A stretch of DNA of 26,741 bases from the IMG/VR virus record IMGVR_UViG_3300006752_003262, positions 1-26,741 of that record; one strand, 5' to 3'. Position 1 is the first letter of the stretch; every line of letters begins with the position of its first letter. Positions 1-8,095 of this stretch are shown piece after piece. Below the pieces are notes generated by a model. The model did not search any database. It saw nothing but the letters and a program-made list of their open reading frames with translations, and was not told the DNA's origin. The DNA is from a virus (Duplodnaviria > Caudoviricetes). Position numbers and translations under genes: made by a program.

Positions 1-72
1 CCGGAACCCGAACCTGAGCCGGAACCCGAACCTGAGCCGGAACCCGAACCTGAGCCGGAACCTGAGCCGGAA
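1..72 (+). repeat. Coding tandem repeat, unit ccggaacccgaacctgag x3 plus partial copies, encoding (Pro-Glu)12
   Basis: Directly visible; it may continue upstream of the window. Confidence 0.95.
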
Positions 73-672
73 GTCGTCACCATCAACGGTGAAGAAGTTG
101 ACGTTGAAGATTTCTTTGAAGAGTTCGCCGTTGAAGAAGAGTACGAAGAGCTAGCATTAGACCTCAACAGTCTTGGTATTGATATTGAGGGCGTAGAACT
201 GTCTGAGGTTGACGAGGCTGAAGAAAAAGTTGTTGAAGCACTTGACGCCATAGACGAGCAGCTAGCTGAAGATTTCTTGGATGTTGTTGACGGTGAAGTC
301 ACAGTCGAAGAGGTTAGCGCACTTGTGTCAGAAGCAAACTTTGATGAAATTTCTGACGACGGTAAAAAGATTCTTGTCACCGCCCTGAATGACGCTGGAG
401 GGGAAGTCAAAGAAGAGTTTGAGGACTCAGTTAACATCTTTGAGGATGACGCTTACAACGAGTACGTAGCAGATGGGTCTACCGTCGATACGGAAACTCG
501 GCGTACCGTTGTTGCAGCTACGGCAGCGGCCACTGTTGTTGCAGCGGCAGCATCTTCCGGCCCATCTGGTCCTGCTGGCGGAGGTGGCGGAGGTGGCGGT
601 GGCGGAGGCGGAGGCGGTGGTAGCAGCGACTCTGGCGGCGACAGAAAAAGTTCAAGAAGAAAGACTCGCTGA
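1..672 (+). CDS. 5'-truncated acidic protein with (PE)n linker, Ala/Val-rich hydrophobic stretch, Gly15 run and basic tail
   Basis: Frame 1 is open from base 1 (PEPEPE...VVTINGEEVDVEDFF...) and continuous with track ORF 277-672; stop TGA at 670-672. Confidence 0.85.
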   Translation, partial: PEPEPEPEPEPEPEPEPEPEPEPEVVTINGEEVDVEDFFEEFAVEEEYEELALDLNSLGIDIEGVELSEVDEAEEKVVEALDAIDEQLAEDFLDVVDGEVTVEEVSALVSEANFDEISDDGKKILVTALNDAGGEVKEEFEDSVNIFEDDAYNEYVADGSTVDTETRRTVVAATAAATVVAAAASSGPSGPAGGGGGGGGGGGGGGGSSDSGGDRKSSRRKTR

Positions 673-683
673 AAGGAGGCGAT

Positions 684-908
684 ATGAAGTTGGTTGAAAA
701 ATTAATTGGTGCTGTCAAACGAATGGGACGGGAAATGCTTTACCTCGGCTGGACCTTGGCGGGAACAGGCTTGGTTCTCGTCACCCTATCGTCCACGACA
801 CTACATAGAGGTATTTATATCTCTGTTGCAGGGCTAGGGCTGCACCTACTAGGAACTGTATTGGATTACATAGATGATGAAAAGGAAAGTGATAAAAATG
901 AAGAATGA
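684..908 (+). CDS. Small two-TM membrane protein
   Basis: Strong SD aaggagg at about 673-679; two hydrophobic segments (LYLGWTLAGTGLVLVTL, IYISVAGLGLHLLGTVL); acidic tail. Confidence 0.8.
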   Translation: MKLVEKLIGAVKRMGREMLYLGWTLAGTGLVLVTLSSTTLHRGIYISVAGLGLHLLGTVLDYIDDEKESDKNEE

Positions 909-1155
909 AACACGTAAACTGATTGTTAACACCATAGGCCGCATCTTTGCGGTTTTTGTTATGAATGCTATGGCTATCATTGGCGGTGCAAGCTTTATCG
1001 GTGGTATTGAGCCGTGGAAAGCTGCGTTTCTCGCTGGCGTTACAGCAACCGCTACTGTTTTGCAGAAGCTGGCTGGGGCTTATGCTGATGATGGGGTGGT
1101 TACTGCGGACGAAATTGATGCCGCATTCAGACTCGCACCAGATAAAGTTAAATAA
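898..1155 (+). CDS. Membrane protein, holin-like
   Basis: ATG 898 after aaggaaag is preferred over 874; two hydrophobic segments; C-terminal DDGVVTADEIDAAF. Confidence 0.7.
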   Translation: MKNETRKLIVNTIGRIFAVFVMNAMAIIGGASFIGGIEPWKAAFLAGVTATATVLQKLAGAYADDGVVTADEIDAAFRLAPDKVK

Positions 1156-1192
1156 CTTTTATAATTGTCCTCCTATCATGTTATATGAGGTA

Positions 1193-1201
1193 TGGTACAA
1201 T
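1193..1201 (+). promoter_or_regulatory. Extended -10 promoter (TGgTACAAT) upstream of the holin
   Basis: TGn-TACAAT in an AT-rich intergenic region; SD aaggag at 1240-1245. Confidence 0.55.
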
Positions 1202-1251
1202 ATAAGAGAGACAGATTGTCTTGGTCATAGTCCCCTAACAAGGAGAACAGT

Positions 1252-1449
1252 ATGGAAGTTAGTATTTACAAGCAGGTTGCAGAACGTGCCCTCATGACAT
1301 TTGCTCAGACGTTTTTGGCAATGTTTGTCGTGACTGACATGGCGTCAGCTAAGGGTGCTGCCACCGCAGCAGTTGCCGCCGCTCTTTCAGTGGTGAAGTC
1401 ATTTGCCGCTACAAAGGTTGGCGACCACTCAACTGCCTCGGTAGTCTGA
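1252..1449 (+). CDS. Holin, phage r1t holin-like
   Basis: ERALMTFAQTFLA...AAVAAALSVVKS matches the r1t-holin pattern (ERAxKTFAQ...LSxLxS); 65 aa; good SD. Confidence 0.75.
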   Translation: MEVSIYKQVAERALMTFAQTFLAMFVVTDMASAKGAATAAVAAALSVVKSFAATKVGDHSTASVV

Positions 1450-1466
1450 GGTAGCACACAGATCGC

Positions 1467-1496
1467 TTGAACAAGCGTGAAGTGATGCTGTAGAAT
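1467..1496 (+). promoter_or_regulatory. Sigma-70-type promoter TTGAAC-N18-TAGAAT with no sense ORF downstream
   Basis: Motif match; palindrome cgcttg-aa-caagcg (1464-1477) overlaps the -35. Confidence 0.5.
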
Positions 1497-1501
1497 ACAA
1501 C

Positions 1502-1545
1502 TGTTAGGGGACGAGTTTTACTCCTTTTGTGTAACCCCCTAACTG
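1502..1545 (+). ncRNA. Candidate small hairpin RNA / cis-regulatory element with anti-SD loop
   Basis: Stem gttagggg (1503-1510) / cccctaac (1536-1543); loop contains ctcctt; begins at the predicted TSS; 5' arm complementary to holin leader 1230-1240. Confidence 0.45.
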
Positions 1546-1558
1546 GAGAGTTCCCTGG

Positions 1559-1861
1559 TTACTGATGTGACCGGGGTTCTTTCTTTTTACGGGAGCGTTT
1601 TTTCGGAATGTGCTTCAGCCGTTCGATCCTGACAGACCTCCATTGACTATGACCGGCTGAGCCTCCCCAAACGTCAACCCACTCACTGTTGGTGTTGGTG
1701 TTCCAGACATGTCGTAAGAATACGAACTTGCCTTGCTCTCCTTTTACTCGGCATTCATCGCCTTTGGATAGCGTTACTTGTGGCGACATTTGAAATGTCT
1801 CACACACAACCCATCCTTTAGGCGGGCCTACGGGTTCGGTTGTTTTTGCTTTTTTAGGCAT
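1559..1861 (-). CDS. Hypothetical basic protein (actinophage-type, small beta-rich domain)
   Basis: SD aaggagg and own promoter; motif KGEQGKFVF...EWVDVWGG...RS. Confidence 0.8.
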   Translation of the reverse strand: MPKKAKTTEPVGPPKGWVVCETFQMSPQVTLSKGDECRVKGEQGKFVFLRHVWNTNTNSEWVDVWGGSAGHSQWRSVRIERLKHIPKKRSRKKKEPRSHQ

Positions 1862-1885
1862 AGTGGTTTCCTCCTTGGAATAGGA

Positions 1886-1914
1886 AGGCTACCACATATC
1901 CTACGGTCTGTCAA
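1886..1914 (-). promoter_or_regulatory. Promoter TTGACA-N17-TAGCCT
   Basis: Consensus -35 (it includes the recA TGA stop) and 17-nt spacer. Confidence 0.7.
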
Positions 1915-2885
1915 ATCGAAGCGTAGATTGCCTTCGCAATTGTTTCCCGTACATCTTCGTTTTCATCAAGGTACGCCTTGGTATTAACCCGCCCCTGTCC
2001 AATGTTCGTGCCCTCGTAGGCGTACCACGCACCCTTCTTATCAAGGATTCCCATTTGTGCAGCGATATCTACAATGTCCCCGGTTCGGCTGATACCTTCA
2101 CCGTAAGCAATCTCAAACTCTGCCTGCCTGAATGGGGGAGCGACCTTGTTCTTCACAACCTTAACACGGGTCTTGTTACCGACTGCTTCGGAAGCGTCCT
2201 TCAGTGTTTCAATGCGTCGAATGTCTAGGCGAACCGATGCGTAGAACTTTAGAGCCTTACCACCAGTAGTCACTTCGGGTGATCCAAACATGACACCAAT
2301 TTTTTCTCGCAACTGATTAATCATGATTAGTGTGGTCTTTGAGTTGTTCAAGTTTGCAACAATCTTACGCATAGCTTGAGACATGAGTCGTGCGTGTAGT
2401 CCAACATGACTGTCACCCATTTCGCCTTCAATCTCGGCACGGGGTGTAAGGGCTGCTACCGAGTCCACGACTACAACGTCTAGGGCACCTGATTCAATCA
2501 ACTTGTTCGTGATGGTCAGCGCCTGCTCCCCGGTGTCTGGCTGAGCAACGAGTAGAGAGTCTACGTCGCATCCGATTGCTTTTGCGTAGATTGGGTCAAG
2601 GGCGTGCTCAGCGTCGATGAATGCACACTGCCCGCCGTTCTTTTGTGCTTCAGCAATCACATGCAAAGCTACCGTGGTCTTGCCTGACGACTCTGGACCG
2701 TAAACTTCAGTGACACGCCCTCGTGGGAGGCCACCAACACCGAGCGCTAAGTCTAGGGCGATTGATCCTGTTGAAATGGTCTCTACGGCCATTGAGGCGT
2801 TGTCCCCGAGGCGCATGATTGCACCTTCCCCAAACTGTTTTTCAATCTGGCCCAGTGCGTCTTCAAGAAGTTTAGATTTGTCCAT
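1911..2885 (-). CDS. recA: Recombinase RecA (bacterial-type, 324 aa, no acidic tail)
   Basis: [16 protein letters not shown] Walker [48 protein letters not shown]. Confidence 0.98.
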   Translation of the reverse strand: MDKSKLLEDALGQIEKQFGEGAIMRLGDNASMAVETISTGSIALDLALGVGGLPRGRVTEVYGPESSGKTTVALHVIAEAQKNGGQCAFIDAEHALDPIYAKAIGCDVDSLLVAQPDTGEQALTITNKLIESGALDVVVVDSVAALTPRAEIEGEMGDSHVGLHARLMSQAMRKIVANLNNSKTTLIMINQLREKIGVMFGSPEVTTGGKALKFYASVRLDIRRIETLKDASEAVGNKTRVKVVKNKVAPPFRQAEFEIAYGEGISRTGDIVDIAAQMGILDKKGAWYAYEGTNIGQGRVNTKAYLDENEDVRETIAKAIYASI

Positions 2886-2891
2886 AAGCGT

Positions 2892-2920
2892 ATTGTATGC
2901 TTTCGCTGGTCTTGAGTCAA
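2892..2920 (-). promoter_or_regulatory. recA promoter TTGACT-N17-TACAAT, leaderless (6 nt to ATG)
   Basis: Near-consensus elements; no SD before ATG 2885; palindrome cttga-g-tcaag (2911-2921) covers the -35. Confidence 0.75.
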
Positions 2921-2926
2921 GGGTGC

Positions 2927-2935
2927 TGGTACGAT
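2927..2935 (+). promoter_or_regulatory. Extended -10 TGgTACGAT, leaderless start at ATG 2942
   Basis: 6 nt between -10 and ATG; divergent from the recA promoter. Confidence 0.6.
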
Positions 2936-2941
2936 ATTTGT

Positions 2942-3310
2942 ATGAGTAAACGTGGTCCGAAGCGGATGGTAACTCAAGCTGTTCGTTTGGGTGAGTATGG
3001 GAAAACTAAGTGGCACATCGAACTTGACTGTGGGCATTCCGTGGAAAGCTCCCGTAAGCCCAAGATCAATGAAGATCGTCTATGCTGTAAAACGTGTGGC
3101 GCTCCGCCAGCGCCTGTTCCTTTGATGCAGGTTTTAGCAGAGGATGGAGAGTTTTTTGAGCCATACGAACCTATGGACGAAATAAAGACGAAGGCAGTAA
3201 TTGCGTCTAAGGTTGGAGTCCCCTTGGATCAGGTGGAGATTGTCAATGGCACAGCTACTGTCTTCTTGGACGCTCAGCAAGTGAAGATGTTGAAGTCTTC
3301 CTCTGCTTAG
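2942..3310 (+). CDS. Hypothetical protein with probable Zn-binding motif
   Basis: LDCGH...CCKTC; ATG 2942 fits the leaderless promoter better than the track start at 2897. Confidence 0.75.
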   Translation: MSKRGPKRMVTQAVRLGEYGKTKWHIELDCGHSVESSRKPKINEDRLCCKTCGAPPAPVPLMQVLAEDGEFFEPYEPMDEIKTKAVIASKVGVPLDQVEIVNGTATVFLDAQQVKMLKSSSA

Positions 3311-3763
3311 TCTCAGCCTGTCGGTGTATGTGTTTGGGTATAGAACACCTACCCTATCGTGTGGAGGTTGACGCCGCCCCACGATAGCCTTAGGCAATTC
3401 CCGTAGTGTTATATAAGTACTGTTCACTTCATGGACCCCAAACACCGCCTATTTTTTCAGCGATGCCCACTCTCCCTAGATATGGCTCTAGTAGCCCGTG
3501 TGCCGGAACTGCGTGGGCGCTTGCTTGTTCCGAATCTGTATCTCAAGTCTTGATGCTCTCCGTGCAGTGACTGGCATTCCGTCAAGAATGGTGTTCCAGT
3601 GTATCGTGCGATCCAAATCTTTACTCTGTGATACAGACGTGCCCGTCTTATCAGTAGTTAACCAGTTGCGTAACGAGTGTTACCCTCCGGTCCTTCAGTG
3701 AACGTTTATGTCATCGGGGTTCCCCGGTTTCAGTCTTGTGGCAGGTTTCTCCTTTGTAGGTTT
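3311..3763 (-). ncRNA. Candidate large structured ncRNA (~450 nt), family not recognised
   Basis: Largest non-coding gap in the window; own promoter; at least 8 helices including long-range 3422-3437/3689-3703, pseudoknot 3330-3338/3437-3445 and complementary loops 3368-3373/3580-3585. Ends approximate. Confidence 0.6.
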
Positions 3764-3769
3764 GCTGAT

Positions 3770-3798
3770 AGGGTAGTCCTCTGCGCTGTTTGTGTCAA
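3770..3798 (-). promoter_or_regulatory. Promoter TTGACA-N17-TACCCT firing into the non-coding gap
   Basis: Perfect -35, 17-nt spacer, TAnnnT -10; predicted TSS near 3763. Confidence 0.6.
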
Positions 3799-3811
3799 GT
3801 GTGGTTTTGGG

Positions 3812-3840
3812 TTGATACCTTGACACTGTGTTTATACAAT
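3812..3840 (+). promoter_or_regulatory. whiB promoter TTGATA-N17-TACAAT
   Basis: Motif match; inverted repeat gtgtcaag (3792-3799) / cttgacac (3819-3826) spans the divergent promoter pair. Confidence 0.65.
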
Positions 3841-3863
3841 ATGCTTGTGATGAAGGATACAGC

Positions 3864-4112
3864 ATGTTAAACGTCAAAGCGCCCGAGTGGTTTAAGGAGA
3901 CTCCTTGTGTCGGAGAGGATAGGTTGTTCTTTTCGTCGAAGCCCACGTTACGTAGAGAGGCTATTTCTATGTGCGATAAAGTTTGTGGTGTCAGAGAACA
4001 GTGTTTACAGTTTGCATTAGACAATCAGTTAACAATTGGAGTTTGGGGAGGTCAAACGGGTCCTGATCTAGTTCGTTTGCTAGAGGGGTCTGAAGATGTT
4101 CACCGGGTATGA
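3864..4112 (+). CDS. whiB: WhiB-family Fe-S transcription factor
   Basis: Four Cys (C...CDKVC...C) and the GVWGG turn; ATG 3864 after aagga. Confidence 0.92.
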   Translation: MLNVKAPEWFKETPCVGEDRLFFSSKPTLRREAISMCDKVCGVREQCLQFALDNQLTIGVWGGQTGPDLVRLLEGSEDVHRV

Positions 4113-4488
4113 CGATTTTGATCCCGATGTATTAGCGGTTTTAAAACGTGGTGATATCAAGATTACGTTTGTTAATGCACCGAAGACAGGTATTGACGGC
4201 AAAGACTTCTCTGTTATTTCCTGGACTATGGATCATCTGACTATTGCTATTTCGGACCAGTATCTTAATAATGAAATAGATGAGTTTGTCGCTAGCGGTA
4301 TTTATAAAATGCTGGGGAGTGAAGCTTCTGATGATGAAATGCAAGAGGCCGTCAAAGACAATGCTATCCGGCTCTTTTCGGAGAAGCTGACGATGGTGTC
4401 GGAAGAGGCGATTTCGTCGGTTAAGAATCCTTTAGAGTTCAGCGTTGACTATGCCTTAGAACAACTGCTGATTGATCCAGAATCATAG
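4096..4488 (+). CDS. Hypothetical acidic protein
   Basis: Overlaps the whiB end; SD-like gagggg upstream. Confidence 0.75.
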   Translation: MFTGYDDFDPDVLAVLKRGDIKITFVNAPKTGIDGKDFSVISWTMDHLTIAISDQYLNNEIDEFVASGIYKMLGSEASDDEMQEAVKDNAIRLFSEKLTMVSEEAISSVKNPLEFSVDYALEQLLIDPES

Positions 4489-4490
4489 CC

Positions 4491-4519
4491 TTGACCTGCG
4501 GTGTTAAATCGTGTAAACT
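4491..4519 (+). promoter_or_regulatory. Promoter TTGACC-N17-TAAACT for the recombination operon
   Basis: Motif match; SD aaggag before ATG 4551. Confidence 0.7.
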
Positions 4520-4550
4520 AGCCGTAGTTACTATTTATTAAGGAGACCAG

Positions 4551-5063
4551 ATGTCAGATTTATCTGAACCTATGTCAATACTACACGAGGTTCAGTCTTT
4601 GTTGCGTACCCTTGATGGTAGCATCATTAAACTCAGCGATGATATTGAATCCGCTGACACCACTGACTTATTGCAGTTCGCTACTGACCTGCACGCTGTT
4701 AAGTCGTTTGGTACCCTACTGTTCAACGAGTTACAGTCTATCGTTACGGAGCATGTTGGGAACCTGACGATTCCCGTTGATGTAGACGGGGCAACGGTTG
4801 AGATTAAGTCGGGGTCACCTCGTAAGACGTGGGACCATAAGTCGCTCATTGACGATGTTAGCAAGCGGCTTGTGGACAGTAGTGTCGATTTGACGACAGG
4901 CGAAGTCGTTAAGACTCCCACGGATATGATTCGTGAGGCGCTAGAGTTTGCAGGTATTTCTTATTGGAAGGTATCTAAGTTAAAAGAGCTTCATTTAGAT
5001 GCTGATGATTATTGTGAAGTTGGCGAAGCCAAAAAGAGTCTAGTTATTAGGAGAGACAAGTGA
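4551..5063 (+). CDS. Hypothetical phage protein upstream of the SSAP
   Basis: Strong SD; coupled by GTGA overlap to the next gene. Confidence 0.8.
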   Translation: MSDLSEPMSILHEVQSLLRTLDGSIIKLSDDIESADTTDLLQFATDLHAVKSFGTLLFNELQSIVTEHVGNLTIPVDVDGATVEIKSGSPRKTWDHKSLIDDVSKRLVDSSVDLTTGEVVKTPTDMIREALEFAGISYWKVSKLKELHLDADDYCEVGEAKKSLVIRRDK

Positions 5064-5737
5064 CATTATTTGAACAGCTATCGGAGCCTTTTGATCCTGC
5101 GGTTGAACGGCAATTGAAGAAGGGTGGGGCTAGTCTCACGTATATTCCTGTCAGCGAGGTTATTACTCGTTTGAATAGGGTGCTAGGTGTGGACATGTGG
5201 TCCTATGAGATTGTCTCGTGTGAGCGTGATAGCCTTGATCCTGATTTTATTGTTGCCCACGTTCGTCTTAGCGCTACGTTTGTTCCTACAAACGAGGCAC
5301 CTGCCCTAACCATCGTCAAGGACGGTATCGGTGGGCAGAAGATTAAGCGCACCAAGGCTGGCGACATTCTTGATCTTGGTGATGAGATGAAGGGCGCTGT
5401 TTCAGATGCCTTGAAGAAGGCGGCGCAACACTTTGGTGTTGGCCTGTATCTTGCTCGTTCTGAAGAGTCCATGAGTCTGGAGCATGAACAGGATATGGCT
5501 GATCAGCCTATCTCACCGGAGCACTTTGAAAAACTCCGAGAAGTTCTAAACAATCAGGCGGAGAATGTCATTGAGGCGTGCCGTGCGCATTGGGTGGAGG
5601 TTTCAGGCGGAGTTGAGTTTGCTAATGAGCATGTGACTCGTGACTTGCTTAAGGAGATGTTGACCTTTGTTAAGTCGGCATCAGAGCAGGCCACGACAGA
5701 GGGCACAGAAGTAGAACCAGAAGGCGATGCAGGATAG
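5060..5737 (+). CDS. Rad52/Sak-family single-strand annealing protein
   Basis: LTYIPVSEVITRLNRVLG..W, KDGIG, KGAVSDALKKAA..FGVGLYL. Confidence 0.9.
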   Translation: MTLFEQLSEPFDPAVERQLKKGGASLTYIPVSEVITRLNRVLGVDMWSYEIVSCERDSLDPDFIVAHVRLSATFVPTNEAPALTIVKDGIGGQKIKRTKAGDILDLGDEMKGAVSDALKKAAQHFGVGLYLARSEESMSLEHEQDMADQPISPEHFEKLREVLNNQAENVIEACRAHWVEVSGGVEFANEHVTRDLLKEMLTFVKSASEQATTEGTEVEPEGDAG

Positions 5738-6515
5738 CTTCGACTTGGGGCCACTTAAGTACGACTACCCGAAGTACATGTCCCCTAGTTCTATCAGCAC
5801 GTTCCAGCAGTGCCCTTTGAAGTTCAAGTTTTACAAACTGGATAGGTTACCTACAGAGTCAACTGAAGCGCAGCACTTAGGTTCTTTCGTTCACGAGGTG
5901 CTTGAAGAACTTTTCACTTATCCACGGGAAGAGAGAACAGAATCTACTGCCCGTAAGTTAGCCCGTGAGCAGTGGGACAACAAGTGGTCGGCAGAGTTTC
6001 ATGCACTTACAGAAAAGTGTGATGAAAACGAGTTCCGTTGGAAGGCGTGGTGGTGCATTGAGAACTATTTCGGTATGGAAGACCCTACGTCGTTTGATGC
6101 CGAAGGCATTGAAGCAAAGATGGACGGAGATATCGACGGAGTACCATTGTTCGGGATCATTGACCGCTACACAATTGAAAACAACAAGTTAGTCATTTCT
6201 GATTACAAGACTGGCAAAAAGCCTCGCAAGCAGTACGAGTGGGAAAAGAAGATGCAGATCACTATCTACAGCATTCTTCTTAAGGCACAGACTGGGTTGG
6301 AGGTTGAGCGGGCAGAGTTGTTGTACGTTAAGTCGGGCAAGTTCGCACGTTACAATGTAGACGAGGAGCTTGAGAACGCTGTCCGTGTGGAGGTCCGTAA
6401 GACGTGGGATGAAGTTAGGACAATGTGTGATTCTGGCGAGTTTGAAACTCGGACTGGTCCCCTGTGCAACTGGTGTGACTATCAGTCAATTTGTCCTGAA
6501 TTCGGCGGGAGATGA
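5727..6515 (+). CDS. PD-(D/E)XK nuclease, RecB/AddB/Cas4-like with Fe-S staple
   Basis: SPSS...CP, G..VH..LE, GIIDR, DYKTG, Q..Y, C-terminal CNWCDYQSIC. Confidence 0.9.
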   Translation: MQDSFDLGPLKYDYPKYMSPSSISTFQQCPLKFKFYKLDRLPTESTEAQHLGSFVHEVLEELFTYPREERTESTARKLAREQWDNKWSAEFHALTEKCDENEFRWKAWWCIENYFGMEDPTSFDAEGIEAKMDGDIDGVPLFGIIDRYTIENNKLVISDYKTGKKPRKQYEWEKKMQITIYSILLKAQTGLEVERAELLYVKSGKFARYNVDEELENAVRVEVRKTWDEVRTMCDSGEFETRTGPLCNWCDYQSICPEFGGR

Positions 6516-6518
6516 TCT

Positions 6519-6977
6519 ATGTCCCAGATGCATAACTTTGCAATTATTGTATCCGAAGATATCAAAAACAGTGCGTCACAGCATGATAGGGACTTTATTC
6601 GCCTGCCCGAAAACCTTTCAATGTGGAAAGACTGCTTGTTAGAAATCATCAGCACGGTTTCAGAAAAGATTAACGAACTGGAAAGAGACATCAAGTCTTT
6701 GCGTTCATCGTATCCAGATTTTGTCACTGATCCGGCTGCGGGGATGGAAGATCAAAAAAGTAAGTCAGAGCGGTTCAGGTTTTATGCTGAAAAGCGATTG
6801 GCCGAAGTAGAGCGATTGACGGCTCTAGGTCAGCCTGCTGATCCCTCTCTTTCATTAGCTACGTTCTTACGAGATGCTATTTTGGCACATAAGCAAATGA
6901 TTGAGTCAAATGACTTGTCTACTTCAGCGGCTGACGACTGCCTGTACGCTGCGCTTGATGGGGTGTGGAAGTTCTAA
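6519..6977 (+). CDS. Hypothetical helical protein
   Basis: In operon; TAATG coupling to the next gene. Confidence 0.8.
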   Translation: MSQMHNFAIIVSEDIKNSASQHDRDFIRLPENLSMWKDCLLEIISTVSEKINELERDIKSLRSSYPDFVTDPAAGMEDQKSKSERFRFYAEKRLAEVERLTALGQPADPSLSLATFLRDAILAHKQMIESNDLSTSAADDCLYAALDGVWKF

Positions 6978-8095
6978 TGAAAATTGGCTTTGCATCTAAT
7001 GACTGGTCACGCTCTATGGTTTCTCGTGATCAGACGCCTGTCATGGGCGGGTCGGGGCACATTCGGATTGGGCAGTATATTTTACCTTTGCGTAAAAAGG
7101 GTATTGACGTTGCTGTGGGGATTCTTGCACACAACTCTATGACTGGAACGTTTGGGATTCATGCCTTTGATGGTTCTGGAGATCACTTTGATTGTGATGT
7201 GATTGTGATGCAGCGGTACATGCATAAGCAGGTGTTACCTGATATGAAAAGGGCGCAGGATGCGGGTCAGATTATTATCAATGATGTTGACGATTGGTAT
7301 TGGGGTTTAAGCGAAAAGAATGCAGCGTTTGCTGCGTCTAATCCTAAGTTGAATCCTGACGAAAACATTGAGTGGTACAAAACTATTTTACAAGAGTCTG
7401 ATGCAATTTTTGCGTCTACTCCTTTTCTTGAGAAAAAGTTATTGGACTGGAATGATAATGTGTGGCTTCATACAAACTATGTCACTACTGCACAGTATAA
7501 GGATGTTCCTCCGTTTGAGTCACCGAACCCTCACAAACTGGTTGTAGGTTGGATGGGTTCGACTGCCCACAGAAGCGGTGACTTAGAGATACTTAAACCG
7601 TATAGTGCTCAGATAACTAGCTTTGCGTCCTTTCATCACACGGGTGATATCAAAATTCCTAATGTTCCCCGCTTCAATAGGGAAATTGGGGTGAGCGCTG
7701 GTATTGTTGAAACATCGCCGTTCCTCCCACCGTATGAGTTGCAGGATGGATTTTTATTTCAAGTTGGGATTGTCCCACTTACAAATATCCCGTTCAATCA
7801 CGCCAAGTCCTATATTAAGGGGCTGGAGTACGCCGCAGCGGGTATTCCTTTTGTGTGTTCTTACTCTCCACAGTATGAAGAACTAACTTCAGCACATGGG
7901 ATAGGGTTGATGGTCAATGATCCGTCAGAGTACCCTGAGATGCTTGAGCGCTTCCGAGATCATGACTACCTAAGAGATACTTCTAAAGATATCCGCAAAA
8001 AGGTAAAGAAGTTTGATATTCATGTTGGGGCAGCGCACTTGTACAAAAAGATTCTGAAGATTCATAAGAACTATTGGCGTCATGAAAAGGGGTAA
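6977..8095 (+). CDS. Glycosyltransferase, GT-B / family 4-like
   Basis: DVDD, VGWMGS..H, KS.IK.LEY.AAG.P.V.S; ATG 6977 overlaps the upstream stop. Confidence 0.85.
   Translation: MKIGFASNDWSRSMVSRDQTPVMGGSGHIRIGQYILPLRKKGIDVAVGILAHNSMTGTFGIHAFDGSGDHFDCDVIVMQRYMHKQVLPDMKRAQDAGQIIINDVDDWYWGLSEKNAAFAASNPKLNPDENIEWYKTILQESDAIFASTPFLEKKLLDWNDNVWLHTNYVTTAQYKDVPPFESPNPHKLVVGWMGSTAHRSGDLEILKPYSAQITSFASFHHTGDIKIPNVPRFNREIGVSAGIVETSPFLPPYELQDGFLFQVGIVPLTNIPFNHAKSYIKGLEYAAAGIPFVCSYSPQYEELTSAHGIGLMVNDPSEYPEMLERFRDHDYLRDTSKDIRKKVKKFDIHVGAAHLYKKILKIHKNYWRHEKG

Noticed and set aside
1-72. Tandem repeat as CRISPR array or iterons
   Set aside because: No spacers; it is an in-frame Pro-Glu coding repeat.
3311-3763. 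tmRNA, RNase P RNA, tRNA or self-splicing intron
   Set aside because: No tRNA-like ends or T-arm/CCA, no GAGGAAAGUCC, no recognisable intron core, and no interrupted gene flanking it.
3134-4024. Track ORFs 3134-3445(-), 3498-3701(+) and 3695-4024(-) as proteins
   Set aside because: No SD or family motifs, two overlap real genes in antisense, and the region is better explained by RNA structure. A minus-strand aaggag near 3750 is followed only by CTG and a stop after 4 codons.
5813-5819. In-phase C.CCT.TTG as a third slippery site
   Set aside because: No upstream GGAGG, poor A-site re-pairing (TTG to TTT), and it encodes the conserved CP motif of the nuclease.
5727-6515. Cas4 as evidence of a CRISPR-Cas system
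   Set aside because: No array or other cas genes; position beside Sak fits a phage recombination exonuclease.
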